From positions 1 to 64,000 of the forward strand of contig NW_025215138.1 in the NCBI RefSeq assembly GCF_004010195.1: a stretch of 64,000 nucleotides of DNA, in the 5' to 3' direction. The position numbers and the translations under genes were made by a program. Below, piece after piece: positions 51,039 to 63,722 of this stretch (position 1 is its first letter; each line of letters begins with the position of its first letter). Origin of the DNA: Chiloscyllium plagiosum (taxonomy: Eukaryota). The notes below the pieces were generated by a model. It had not been told where the DNA came from. It was given only the letters and a program-made list of their open reading frames with translations, and ran no database searches.

Positions 51039-51161
51039 ATGTGGTGCAACCGAGTTCACTGCACCCTCGCCCTGCTCTCCATCGCCTTGGCAGTGCTGAA
51101 TGGGGGCGCCGCTTCCACAGCCGACAGGTATCGAGAAATCCTCGAGACATCCATGGATCAG
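51039..51161 (+). CDS. SST: Preprosomatostatin exon 1 (signal peptide and start of propeptide); SST1 or SST5 paralog
   Basis: ATG 51039 to CAG|gtaag, 41 codons: MWCNRVHCTLALLSIALAVLNGGAASTADRYREILETSMDQ. Aligns with human SST exon 1 ([39 protein letters not shown]...KQ), has the same phase-0 intron after Q, and lies downstream of BCL6 on the same strand as in human. Confidence 0.88.
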
Positions 51162-51234
51162 GTAAGAAATATTCCAACTGTCGTGCTATTCTTAAACTTT
51201 TCCTGATAGTTCTGCAAAATATTTCCGTTTGTAT

Positions 51235-51660
51235 CCATCTCAGGTGTATACATGACAAAAAACAATGGACTCAGCACTGATCCTTGGGGTACACTATGAG
51301 TCACAGGCCCCCAGTCCAAAAAGCAACCCCCAACCCACCACCCTCTGCCTCTTACCTTCAAGTCATTTTTGAATATAATTGGATAGCTTCCCCAGATCCC
51401 ACGTCATCAAATGTTACTAACAAGTTTACCATGTGAAACCTTGTCAAAGCTTTACTGAATCCATACAGACAACGTTTAACACTCAGTTTTCATCAATCTT
51501 TGTTGTCACTTCTTCAAAAACTCAACAAAGCCATGTTGACTGTCCCTAACCAGCTTTTGAATTTCCAAATGTGTGTAAATCCTGTCCCTCAAAACCCTAG
51601 CCAATAGGTTACACACCACTGATGTAAGGTTCACTGATCTGTAGTTCCCTGGCTTTTCCT
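51235..51660 (-). mobile_element. CR1 RT fragment at the start of SST intron 1
   Basis: - strand VTHSVPQGSVLSPLFF and gattcagtaaagctttgacaagg. Confidence 0.85.
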
Positions 51661-53290
51661 TACACAGCTAAAATGGAAAACATAACTCAATCCTTTCATT
51701 CACTTTGGACGACCAGTAGAAATATAGTCGGAATAAGCTTCCAACTTCAGACTTCCAAGTATTCAGGATATTATGCATCAGTTGGTTATAAAACATTTGA
51801 AGTCAATAGCATATCATCTGCAAAGCCAGAGGAATAACAAAGACCTTCAAGATAATGAATAATTCATGTCATGAATATCCTCAAGACTGGGATAAAGGTC
51901 TGGATTTTTCTTTTGTTTGCTGTCTGAAATTCATCACGTGAATGATTAAGATTTGCCCATGTGAATTAACATATAGCCATAATACAAGAGGTCTATTGAA
52001 ATCAATAAAGGGTTTTTTTTAGGACAGAAAGATAAATGCTGTATGTTAGACGATGTATCCATGTTTATGGAAAGACTCACAGCAGCATGCACAGTAGCAC
52101 AGGAACATTTAAAAATGTCACTGACAAAGATGAGAGAATAGGCATATAGGCATGTTAAGAACAGAAGAATTCAAACACAAGATGAAGTGTTAGCGTTGTT
52201 ACCTGTACATAATATTCAGTGGTCCATACAAGGTAACTATGAGGATGAGAAAAGTAAATTACTTGGTAGATTCTCCAACTCACAGAAAAAGAATCAGTTA
52301 AGCCATTTAATAACATATTAAAATAATATCAGTATAGAGTTAATGATAAGAAAGTGCAAGCATGTCAGATGTGGGGTAATGAAGGATGAATAAGAGAGTG
52401 AGAATGAGGTAGAAGCAGATGTACATAATTCACAAAATGAGCCTCGTACTGCTGGATTTGCCAATACTGAAATACTGTACTTGGACAGGGTTATTAGGAC
52501 TGTGCTCTCATACTTAAAGTTGGGTGTGCCCCATTCTTGTCTAAGTCTGTTCTATTGAAAGAGTATTGGCAAGAATAACTGAAAACAAAAGAGATATCAG
52601 CTTTTGTTTCACCAAATGGATATATATATCGATGTTAATCTAACCTTTTAGGTTTGAAAATGCTCTAGCAATGTTCCAAAACCCATAAATCAAGTCCGAA
52701 TTCATGCAAAAGTTTGTACTTGGATTATGATGCCTTAACTTACAAAAAGACTTTGGAAGAACACAATAGTATTGACAACCTTATTTGCACAATTATGTTA
52801 GCCAATTTAACAATACATCTTGCCAAGAGTAGGTTAATGAAAGCATGGACAACTTACACAGGATGCAATATAGTGTTACCAATGACAGTGATAGAATTTG
52901 ATAGTTTTGATTGAATTCCCTATTCCTACAACTAAAATGGGAACTCATGAGATTTTGGGGAATGTGGGTTTTCCATCAAAATCATTTGTCCAATTTTAGC
53001 ATGATAGCTGGCCCATTGTTAGATGTATTGCAAAAAACAGGAAATGGTAATATGGTCAAAGGAGTACCAGCAGCTTCTGAGACCTGGAAGCAATTCAAAC
53101 AAATGACCTTTTGTTGGTCACTGATTACTACTGCAATTATATCAATTTTAGTGACTTGGAGATAGGTGCAGACATATTGCAAGAAGATGAATCAATAACA
53201 GAGAAGCCAGAAAAGTGCTTTTCTAATAAATTGAATCAGCATCAAAAGAAATATTTTTAGTCGACAAAGAAACTCTGAGATTTTTACTCT

Positions 53291-53926
53291 TGTTATGGAC
53301 CAGGTCAGACCCCCCTCAAAATATTTCAAGATAATAGCCCAGGCCCTAACTTTGCAAGATGTTTTAAGCAGATGTAACGTGGATATTCCTGGAGTGATGC
53401 AGCTGGCCAAACCATTTAGTTTTAACCAAAACAGAATTTATTTACAAGACTACTAAATGAATCATAAACAAAAGAGAACACAATGATTTGACCTATCCAA
53501 AACCCAACAGATTATCCCAATTTAATGATGCTATTCCAAGTAATTGCAACAATCCCATAAACACCCCTTGGCACAAAAGGTAATATCAAATACAGGCACT
53601 TACAGGAGAGAGGTGAGAGATAGAGAGTACCAGCTGGGACTTGCTTCTATGGGTCCAGCAGCTTTTTTCACACTACTGCTTAAAACCAAACCAAACCAAA
53701 GAAAAGCTAAGCTGGGAGAACTGGCCACTCCCCTTTCATTGAACACGTTTTTTTTAACTTGAAAGCCTTCTGTCTGAGGCAGTATCTGATAGGTATTATC
53801 AAACCGATCCTGAAACCCTTCATTCCAAGAGTTTTTGGAGCCTGTGCCTTGTACAACCTCTCTGAACAAAAAACGCCAAAGACCGCGTAACCTTGCTAAA
53901 GGAGCAGCAGGAGCAGCATTGATACA
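53291..53926. mobile_element. Solo LTR
   Basis: TGTTATG...GATACA termini with flanks CTCT/CTTT (3/4 TSD); interrupts the RNase H region of the Gypsy remnant. Confidence 0.65.
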
Positions 53927-53984
53927 CTTTTTCTTAAACTTTGAAGGCTTATGTCAATCATGAGCATTAAACAAATGTCTATGG

Positions 53985-54318
53985 CAAATATCTCAGCGGT
54001 TAGCACTGCTACTTCACAATGCCAGGGACCCAGGTTCGAATCCATCCGTCTGTGTGGAGCTTGCACATTCTCCCTATGATTCTGTGGATTTCTTCCAGGT
54101 ACTCTCGATTTCTTCCACAGTCCAAAGATGTGCAGGTTTGGTGGATTGGCTGTGCTAAATTACTTGTAGTGTCCAGAAATGTGCAGGCTAGGTGGATTAG
54201 CCATAGGAAATTTGGAGTTTTGGGGATGGCGTAAGGGGCTGGGTGGGATGTGCTTTGGAGGGTTGGTGTGGACTTGATGGGCCAAATGGCCTGTTTTCAC
54301 ATTGTAGGGATTCTATGA
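53985..54318 (+). mobile_element. HE1-like V-SINE
   Basis: ggttagcactgct, ggttcgaatcc, V-core and gggattctatga tail. Confidence 0.88.
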
Positions 54319-55974
54319 CAATCATTTGGTCCTTCAAGGGAAGATTAAAAATCAAACATTTTAAGCTGTTGTGGTGGTGTTTGCTAATGCACTTCATCGC
54401 ATGAAACATGTTCATTTTGCTGAAAAAGGTAATGCCATTGCTGATGCACTATCAACAATGTAATGATGTGGAATAGCTTGTGAAGGGTCACCTTTAAGGG
54501 TCCACTTTAAAGTTTCTTGCTGATGAGGCATGGCTGAACTTGTTATTGTTTTCAGCAATCATCTATGTTTATTTGATACCATCTTCTTCAGTTAATGTTC
54601 CTTCATGAGATCCTTAAACAAATTGCTAACACAGCTCACTTACTTTGTAGTGTATGATGCTTAAACTCAGATATTCAAAAGCCTTGTTGGTTGTATTTCT
54701 CTCTGACACCTTAAATTTTGTTTCTGGAGCTTTTCTCTTTCTATCTTCCAAGCCACATCATGCCTGCTTGACTGTTTTGGAAATTGATAAACTGCACTAC
54801 TAATATTAAAAGTCTTTTCTCTCCAAATGACCCACCTCTTTGGAAAGAAACTTACACACTCACTGACCTTCAGAATGGTTCTGTCTATCTAAAATAACTG
54901 GTTTCTGTGTCTGTTTCCATATGTCATAGGATACCTTGTTGCTAGACAACAGTGCACATTTAGTTTCCTGTCTTCAACCTTTTTTTAAAAACATTAAACT
55001 ATTTAAAGACCTCATATAAATGCATGTAAATGTATTTTTAGACAACTCTAACCACGTCCAGAACTAGATGAAAATTAAACTAAACCTTTCTTTCTTAATC
55101 TAGACAGTATTGAAACACAAACCAAATTTAAAGCAATATATGTTCCTCTCCACTTCAGAACATTGGTGAGAAAGTTGGGAAAATAAATTAAAAATGGAAT
55201 AAGTCAGATTCTTGATGTTGTGACAAAGGGAGGGAATTGAGCCCAATGGAAGTAGATGGAAGAACAGTTAGCAGCAATGCAGGTACAGGACAGGTGTCTC
55301 CAGTGAATGAGTTGGAAGGGCAGAGGGCATGGAGTGTTGGCAGTTTCAGAAAATGAAGCAGGTGAGAACCACTGAGTAGTCAGGATGTTTCAAAGTAGTG
55401 AGAACTGTAGGTGAGATGTGTGCACAGGGGCAGAGTTAGGGTGAGTGATGTCCCTGAGAGTGGGAGTTAACAGCAGGAAGGTATGGCACTTACCTTTGTG
55501 GATCATAGAGGATCATGAAACTCTGGACACAGAACTGAGCTGGGCTGCTATCACAATCCAGGTTGGGTGTAATTAGTGGTTTGGCCTCCTTTGCCACTCA
55601 ATCGGATATTGCTCTGCTCTTCTCCCCACCACCCTTTCCACCAACACCTCCCAGTCCCTGTTGCTGGAGCAATGACTGAACCTACCTATATGGGTCATTT
55701 CCTTCAGAGTAATAGTGAATGACTGAAGTGACGGGGACAGGTTTTACCTGCAACATCTTTAATGGTGTGCAGCTGGGGTTTCAATATGATGCCGGCTACA
55801 TGAATGTTGCAAAGTCCTAGCAGCCGTGATAGCAGAAATCACTTTGAGCTCTCCTGCCACATGCTTCCATTACACTGGTGCTGTGCAGATCAGTTGCATC
55901 ATTAGTGAACTGAAGAATGAAAGATTGTATAAAAAAAGTCACCATGGGCCTTGGTGGACTTGGTGCCATGAATT

Positions 55975-56238
55975 CCTTGGGCAGCTATCTGTGTGGAGTG
56001 TGCACATTGTCCCTGTGTCTGCATTGGTTTCCTTCCACAGTCCAAAGATGTACAGATTAGGTGGATAGGCCATGTCAGATTGCCTATATTGTCCAGCGAT
56101 GAGCAGGCCAGGTGTATTGACCATGGGAAGTGAAGAGTTGTAGGGTAGAGGGTGGGTCTGGGTGAGATGGTCTTTGGAGGGTCAGTGTGAATTTGATGGG
56201 CTGAATGGCCTGCTTGTGCACTGTAGGGATTCTATGAT
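55975..56238 (+). mobile_element. HE1-like V-SINE (partial)
   Basis: V-core ctgtgtggagtgtgcacatt...ccacagtccaaagatgt and gggattctatga tail. Confidence 0.82.
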
Positions 56239-57809
56239 GTATCTATCCATCACTGCTTTTAAAAATATTCAAGCACATTGTTTCCAACATCTTTTCAGGA
56301 AGAGAATTCCAAAAACGCATGATCCCCTGGAAGGACAAATAGATCTCCTGTTAAATGTGTTTAAAAATTATGTCAATTTCTCTTGTACCTCCACACAACG
56401 ATGTCCTTGGTCCCTTGATGTGTTTAAGTAAACCTGTCTCCAAAAACTTACCATCATTCCTAAGAATAACGCAATACTCCAGCTGAGGCCTAACTAATAT
56501 TTTATAAAGTTTAAAGTGTTTTATACTCTTGTTTCCCTTTTGATAAGGCAAAGGGAAACTTTATGTTTTCTTCTTAGCCATCTCAAATTGCCTTGCCTTC
56601 TCCCAACTTTTATGTACCTACATCCACTGGAGTTTGTGCAGCTGAAATTGTATAATTTGTTTTATATTATCCTCCTTGTCTGTCCTGCCAAATTATTTCA
56701 CACCTCTTCTTGTTAAAGTGCACTTATCTGTCATCCGTCTGGGCATTTCCTCAATGTGTTCAAACTTCTCCTTAGTGTTCGCTACATTTTGGAATGTTAT
56801 GTCACCTATACACTTTTGAAATGCTGCCTTGAATACCCTTAAATTAAATAAAGAACTCGGATACTGGAAATCTGAAAGAAAAAGAGAAATTGCTGGAAAA
56901 ATTCATCAGGACTGGCAGCATCCATAGACAGAAAGCACAGTCAGTGTTTCTTACCCAGTGACCCTTGTATACCTTGACAAACGCATTCATATTTATGATG
57001 AAGAGCAATACCCGATTCCCAACTCCTGGAGGACTGGCACTGTAGAGCTCCATCCATTTGAAAAGAAATAATTACAGTATAACAAAGTAAGAAGCGGAGA
57101 CCATTGAGTTATCACCTTGTATATGTGCTATCTGGAGCAGCTAGTGATCATTGGGAAAGTGAAATGTCAGCATTCACTCTGCGCAGATGTCAAGTGCCAT
57201 TTATTCAGCTCTGTCCACTTACTGAAGTATTTGGTAAATAAATTGAAGAAATAAATGTCAAAGCTGTTCTTAGTCACTCAACTGCTGGACCAATTAAAGC
57301 AAATATTTGATTTTTTTGGTCATACTCTGAATCAAAGCACTTTTTTGAGTTGAAACAGTGATTCACTTGTACTTCTAACAATTTAGAATACTCTATTCAC
57401 TGCACTGAAGTAACCCAATAAATGAGTTCATGAATATTTTCCTCCTTTACCCAAAGCAAGTGTTGTGCTGTATTAAGTTGGTTCTGTGCACCTTTCATTT
57501 TTACATTTTTTATTCTGCTATGTGTGCACCCTGCAACATGCGCACTCTGCACAGTGTATGCCCTGCAATGTGTGTGCAAATTATAGCCCATCTTTTACAT
57601 TCAACACCACTGAAAGCATTAATTTAAAAATCTGCTCTCTGTTCTCTGTGAACAACCTTTTCAGCAACTGATCTCTGAGGTTTATGACTCATATTTCACC
57701 TGTTTACAATGTATCAGAGAGGCATAGAATCATTGTGGTAACGTGGAAGGCCATTTGCACCAGGTAGGTTTACTGTACATCACATGACATCTAAAAGAAT
57801 GTGTGCTTT

Positions 57810-58170
57810 GAGGAAGCTGTAAAACAGCTTCAGGAGGTTTTGGACTGGCTTAGTGATTGGGTAAGTGCATGCAGATAGAATATAATGTGGAAAAAATGTG
57901 AGGTTTGAACCCTGACAGGATGCACAGATGTGGAATGTACTGATGCACAGACAGGCATAGATGTGCTTGTCAATAAGTTACCGAAGGCTAACATGCAGGC
58001 GTGGCAAGTAATTGGGAGGCTAATGGAATGTTAGCCTCTATTGCAAGAGGATTTGAGTACAGGAGTAGTGAAATCTTGTTTCAATTATTCAAGAGCTTGA
58101 TAAAGCTGCACCAGGAGTATTATTTGCAATTTTGCTCACCTTTTGCCAGTAAATACATTATTGCATAGAA
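57810..58170 (+). mobile_element. Old CR1, 5' piece (continues at 61824-62255)
   Basis: aatggaatgttagcctctattgcaagaggatttgagtacagg; resumes with ccatagagggaatgcagc after the hAT insertion. Confidence 0.78.
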
Positions 58171-59462
58171 CCATGATCTCCAACATGTAGATCACAATTG
58201 ACTAGTTCATTGCATTGACTCTGGCAGTCTATCTCATCAACCACCTTCCCTTGCTGCATGACTGCTGCTTCTAGAAGCTATCTGGCTGGACAAGAATGTT
58301 TGCTCTTAGTAGGCTTTGCCAACTTATTGCATTTTTTCTTAGTTCAGCCCAGGTAGACTACCTTTACAAGATATGTTTTCTTATGATAATGAAAACAAAA
58401 GAATAAGAAATACTGTAGGACTGATGTATGAAACCAGTGTTTTACAGTGCTAGAAACATGAAAGGTTATTGAACCTATTGTGTCCACGTAGACTTCAGCA
58501 AGAACAGCTCAGCTAGTCACGTTTCTCTATTCTCTATAGAACTGCAACATTTTTCCTTCACCTGCTTATCTAATAGGTTTGTGCAGGGTGAAGAAATATT
58601 ATGGAAAATGCTGTTGTGCCCCACATCCATTATCCAATGTAAGCTGCTCGGGGCTACCCAAAACAAATTGCAATCCTATAATCTCCTTGCATGGCTCCAA
58701 CTTTGTAAAGTGCTAGCAACCTTTTGGATATTCCAAAAATGTGGATTCTGAGCTCAACCTGCAGTGTGATCAGTGACAGAGTGACTACACAACTACAAGG
58801 TGAAGTAATAATGATGAGTGATGAACCTGGAGCCTCTAAAAAGAAACAAACATATTTCACAGATGGTGAAGTACTTGAAGAAGCAATGACTGCGTCTATT
58901 GCCTCTTTATTCAAAGATTTGATGAAAATGAATTAATAATACTTGCAACGCAGTGCGTGTTACTTGGTGTTTCTGCAATAGCAAGAAGAGTCTTTGACCA
59001 AAGACATTTTTCAGCAACCTCAACAGGACCTGAAGGACTGTGAATGCTTCTCACTGCAGTTCAATGAAACCACTGATATGATTGACACAGCCCAGCTAAT
59101 TCTTTTTGTGTGCAAGATGATTAATGGCACAACAAATAAAGAGCATCTTTTCACCCTTCTTCCCCAAGAGATGATGATATCCACATTAAATTCTCAAGTT
59201 CATGCTTGAGAAAAAAATTCCAGTTAAGAAAATAATTTCTGTCACAACTGATGGTGCATCAACTGTGCTTGGTACAAATATGAACTTTCTTTCAGTTTGC
59301 ATAATTGATCCCAATTTCCCTTCTTTCCTCAATTGTTACTGGATAACCCACCAGCAAGCAGTAGCGAGTAACGTTATGAACTTTTCTCCAACAATGACAG
59401 TTGTTGTTAAGATTGTAAACTCAATTCAAGCAAGAACCATTCAACACAGCTTGTTTTAAGTC

Positions 59463-59925
59463 CTTGTGAGGAAAGGTTGAGTAGATTGGGTCTATACTCA
59501 TTAGAATATAGAAGAATGAGAGGTGACCTCGCTTAAACATGCATGATTCTTTGGGGACTTGCCAGGATGGATGCAGAAAGGCTCTTTCCCCATATGGGAG
59601 AATCTCTGACCTGAGGACATAACCTCAGAATAAGGGGTTTACATTCAGGACAGACATGAGGAGGAAATTCTTATCTCAGAAGATTACAAGCCTGTGGAAT
59701 TCTTTACCACATATAGGAGTTGAGGCTGGGTTATTAGATATTTTCAAGGCTGAGAGATAGGGATTTTAATCTTTAAAGGAATCAAGTCCTATAATAAAAA
59801 GGCAGGAAAGGGCAGTTGAGGATTATCAGATCAGCCATGATATCGTTGAATGTCAGAGCAGACTTGATGGGCTGAGTGGCGTGAAATAAGAACAAATAAG
59901 AATTGTGTTCTTATATTGTGTGGCC
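59463..59925 (+). mobile_element. CR1 3' fragment inside the hAT
   Basis: gaggaaaggttgagtagattgg...agaagaatgagaggtgacct...tcagccatgat. Confidence 0.85.
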
Positions 59926-60517
59926 TTAGTTGTTACTCAGTTAATTTGATGTTCTCTATTGTGAACTATTCCTTCATGTTGAAGTGAGGTAGTTAATTCC
60001 TGCAACAATTTTTTTTTGATCTGATGCTTGAAATTGCCACTTTTCTTAACTTAAGGAATGAAATGTGCAGTGAGCTGACAGATATTGCTCACTTCAGGTT
60101 CCTTACAGACAAAAGGTCAAAACTGAGCAAGCTGAATTGTGAACTGCAGGGAAAGGACAGCGACTTAGCAACATGTGATCAGTGCTGTGAATGCATTTAA
60201 ACTGAAACTAGGTCTGTGGTCCTCCCAATTAAAAATAAAATGCTGCAAAACATCGTGAGTCTGGAATGAAATATGATGGAACAAATTGTCATGTATTTCT
60301 CAAATCCATTCCTTCAAGTTGAGATTGGTGTGTTGGCTAGCTGTTCCATCAGGTGTTGATTTATAATGCAGTGGAGTTAAAACGGATAGAATTACAATAC
60401 AAAATGATAATGAGCTGAAAGTAAGATTAAGGAAAAACTATTTTTGGGGACTCATAAGCAGTGAAAATAATCAGTCCAATCATCTAGTGCTTTTAAAGTG
60501 AAAGTTTATTTTGACTC

Positions 60518-60797
60518 CGGCATGGTGGGTCAGTGGTTAGAATTGCTATCTCACAGAGACAGGAACCCATGTTTGATTCCACCCTCGGGTGATTAACTGT
60601 GGTTTGCACATTCTCATTGTGTCTGCATGGGTTTCCTCCTGGTGCTCTGGTTTCATCCCATAGTCCAATAATACGCAGGCTAGGTGGACTAGCCATATGA
60701 AAAACATGCAGGGACATAGGATCTTGGTGGGATGCTCTTCAGACTGGTAGTGTGGACTCAGTGGCCAGAATGGCCTGCTTCCACATTGTATGGATTC
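60518..60797 (+). mobile_element. HE1-like V-SINE inside the hAT; tail split by an LTR
   Basis: ggcatggtgggtcagtggttag head and V-core; the tail ggattc|...|attctatga is interrupted. Confidence 0.85.
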
Positions 60798-61510
60798 TGT
60801 TATGACACGGGGTAAACTGTCCTGCTTAATTTAAAACCAGCAACACAAAAAAGATTTATCCTGTGCAGTAACCTATGAAAATTCTATAAGCCAAGAACTA
60901 GCTAAAATAAAAATTAATAACTTTCTTTCTTAAAGTATAAAAGAGAATAATTAACTAACAACTATGTACAACTCCTTCTGCTAACCTATCTTTTACCTTC
61001 CCTTCTATGATACTAGCCCAACAAATGTCCCGATTATGATTTACAAAACAAAGCCTCTCATCTCAAAACCGGGCAGCTATCGGTTCTTCTCTGTATTTCA
61101 GTCTTCTTTCCTTCTTCTTGGAGATTCTGCTTCACAGGTTACTGATCGTTAAAGGTACCTTTAAGAGAGCTATTTTTCGGGCAGTGTTTTTACATGCTGG
61201 TGGCTTGGTAGTTCTCATCTCAACTGTTCAATTTTCCTGGTCTTATATACACAAAGCATCGGATTGTGTCATTGGCTTTTAAGATTATCAATATATTAAA
61301 TTCAAACTGGATTGGAGTTTGGCATTTTTCGGGGTATACTTTAAACTGATAGGGCTAATTCAAATCTGTTTTGTTGTTTCCAGGCAACCAGCTAATCGAA
61401 TTGTTTGACCAAATGTTACATGATTTATTTTTCAGAACACTTGGTTCTGTCAGGTAGTTCTGTTGCTTTTAATTCCCTCAAAGGCACAGTACACCCACAT
61501 TTTCATAACA
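60798..61510. mobile_element. Solo LTR with perfect 4-bp TSD
   Basis: TGTTATGA...TCATAACA perfect 8-bp terminal inverted repeat; ATTC at 60794-60797 and 61511-61514. Confidence 0.88.
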
Positions 61511-61823
61511 ATTCTATGACCTCTGTGAGATAGCATTAATCCCAACTGAAGATAATTAAGTCCTCTAAGTATTGCACCCACATCACATACCTATTTGATG
61601 GGCTATGTACAATGGTCTTCTAGGCATTGGCAGATAATGTGCAGTCACAGGTATCACACTGAGACACACTGAATAGAGGATAAAATAAAAACTTCTATAA
61701 CTTAGTTTTAGATTTTTGTGGCACTAAAAATAAACTGTTTATTCTGTACTTTCTGAGGATAGATCCAGGCTTGCACTTAAATTCATAAAATGATTTTGCA
61801 TTTAAAACCTTTGGTCACCACTG

Positions 61824-62255
61824 CCATAGAGGGAATGCAGCAAATGTTCAGCTGACTTGTTCCTGGGATAACAGGTTAGGCAAACGGGGACTGTATTCAT
61901 GAGTTTCAAAGAATGAAAGATGATCTCATTGACACCTACAAAAAAACTTGAAGGACTAGACAAGGTATGATGTTTCCCCTAGTTGGGGAGTCCAGAACCA
62001 ACCGACACAGTTTAAAAATAAGCGGGATGCAATCTAGGCCTGAGCTGAGAAGATTTTTTTTACTTAGAGTGTTGTGAGCATTTTGAATTCTCTACCACAA
62101 ATGGCTTTGAGTATGTTTAAGGTAGAGATTAATAGATTTCTGATCAGGAATGGTGTGCAGAGTTATAGAGATGGGATGAGTAAAAGGAATTGAAGTGTTC
62201 AGTCAGTTTTGATCATATTGAATGAGCTGTATGCCCTCCTTCTGTTCCTAGATTC
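61824..62255 (+). mobile_element. Old CR1, 3' piece
   Basis: gatgatctcattgacacctaca, gagtccagaacca, gaattctctaccaca. Confidence 0.78.
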
Positions 62256-63407
62256 CTATATTCATTAAGATATGATCAATTTAGTTACAAAGAATCTTGG
62301 GTGTGTTATAGTAGATTTTTCAATCTCTCAATTTATCATCTGTTGGATGTATAAAAGTGTATTGTAACATCTGCTAATAAAGAAGATGAGCCATGACAGT
62401 TTAATGAGAGATCAGGATGCTCTAAGCTTTAGTTAATTCCCTGCATCTGCTCCACCCTCTGACATGGGATCAAATGAAGAGTCACTGTGGGATCTCACCG
62501 TGCAGCTCACCGCGACTATTTAGAGAAGCTTTGTAATAATCCCAGCCCTTAGACACAGGACTAGGTTCAGTGTGCATGAATTACAGTCATCAGTGTCGAA
62601 ATGATTATTGACCAGCAGTAGTTGTGATGTTTTTGAGTCAATCCTCTATTTCTGTGGAAATTTAGCACATAATGCTTGCACGAGCTCTCTGAAAGAATTG
62701 GCCAATTAACCTGACACCCCTGCTTTTCTGGCATAGACCTGCAAATGTGTCCTTTTCAAATATTCATCCAAATCACTTAAAATGTTCTAGTTTAATCTCC
62801 TTCCATACCCTTCTGCATAGCCTACTCTAGATAATCATAACTCACTGCACTAAAAGATTGCATTGTTTAAAAATTATTGGCACTTTTAAAACTATTGCTC
62901 ATAGGATGTTAGGTTCCATGGTAAAGGCAAAAGTTGTGATCCTTCTCTAGGGGAATTAGGAATGGGCTATAAATGCTTACCGAGCCAGTATCACCCATGT
63001 CCCATGAAGGAAAAACTTTAAAAATTGCTGCTGAGATGGTGGGGGTGAGCTACCTCTTGAACCACTGCAATCCTTGGGTGGTAGATACACCAACAGCACT
63101 GTTTGGGAGAGAGTACCAGGATATTCATTCAGGTATAGTGAAGGCATGCCAACATAAGGAGATGTACTAGTACTTTGGTAATGTCACTGAACTTATGAAC
63201 TAGAGGTCCAATCTAATGATCTGGGGACATGGTTAAAATCTCAACGTGGCAGTAGAAAGCATTTAAATTCAATGAACAAATTAAATATTTGAAGAAAGTC
63301 CCTGTAATGATGACTTTGAAACTAAAACCTGTCATGTGTATTTATACCCTCTTTAATAGTTAAGTCTTAACAGTTGTCTGAAATGGCCTAGCAAGCCAAT
63401 CAACTCA

Positions 63408-63722
63408 GAGAGTCATACAGCACGGAAACAGGCCCTTCAGCCTGGCCAGTCCATGTTCCCAAGCTAAATTAGTGCATTTGGACTATATCCCTCCAAAGAT
63501 TTCTTATTCATGTACTTATCGAAATGTCTTTTAAACATTGTAACTGTATCCGCATTCAGCACTTCCTCTCGAAGTTCATTCCACACACAGAGAAAATTTT
63601 TCTCCTTTCACCTTTAAAATGTGTTCCCTAGTCTTGAAATCCCCCACCCTAAGGAAAAAGCATCTGCCATTCACCTTATCTATATCCCTCACTCCTCAAT
63701 CTTCCACGCTCCAGTGAAAAAA
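63408..63722 (-). mobile_element. CR1 3' fragment
   Basis: agagtcatacagcacggaaacaggcccttc terminus; - strand FFSLERGRLR. Confidence 0.8.

Larger units (their letters stand above)
51670..54462 (+). mobile_element. Gmr1-like Gypsy remnant (integrase, then RT, then RNase H) in SST intron 1
   Basis: + strand IKHLKSIAYHLQSQ, DWDKGLDF, FSGPYK (integrase), then ISAFVSPNG and ELMRFWGM (RT), ending NAIADALSTM* (~54430-54462). Confidence 0.78.
58171..61823 (+). mobile_element. hAT (Buster/Charlie/SPIN-like) DNA transposon, decayed, with nested insertions
   Basis: Transposase motifs FTDGEVLEEAM, FSLQFNETTD, SVTTDGAS, VVKIVNSI, LHVEVR, KLNCELQGK. Right end CAGTGGTGACCAA (- strand), degenerate left end CCATGATCTCCAAC. 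8-bp TSD GCATAGAA (58163-58170) / CCATAGAG (61824-61831), 6/8 match. Confidence 0.82.

Noticed and set aside
51041..51280. ORF-track 79-aa ORF MVQPSSLHPR...
   Set aside because: Wrong frame over the SST exon. The real frame starts at ATG 51039 and is spliced at 51161.
58724..59459. GTF2IRD2/ZBED/EPM2AIP1-like host gene
   Set aside because: Stops, frameshifts, nested TEs and TIR/TSD remnants indicate a dead hAT transposon rather than a domesticated gene.
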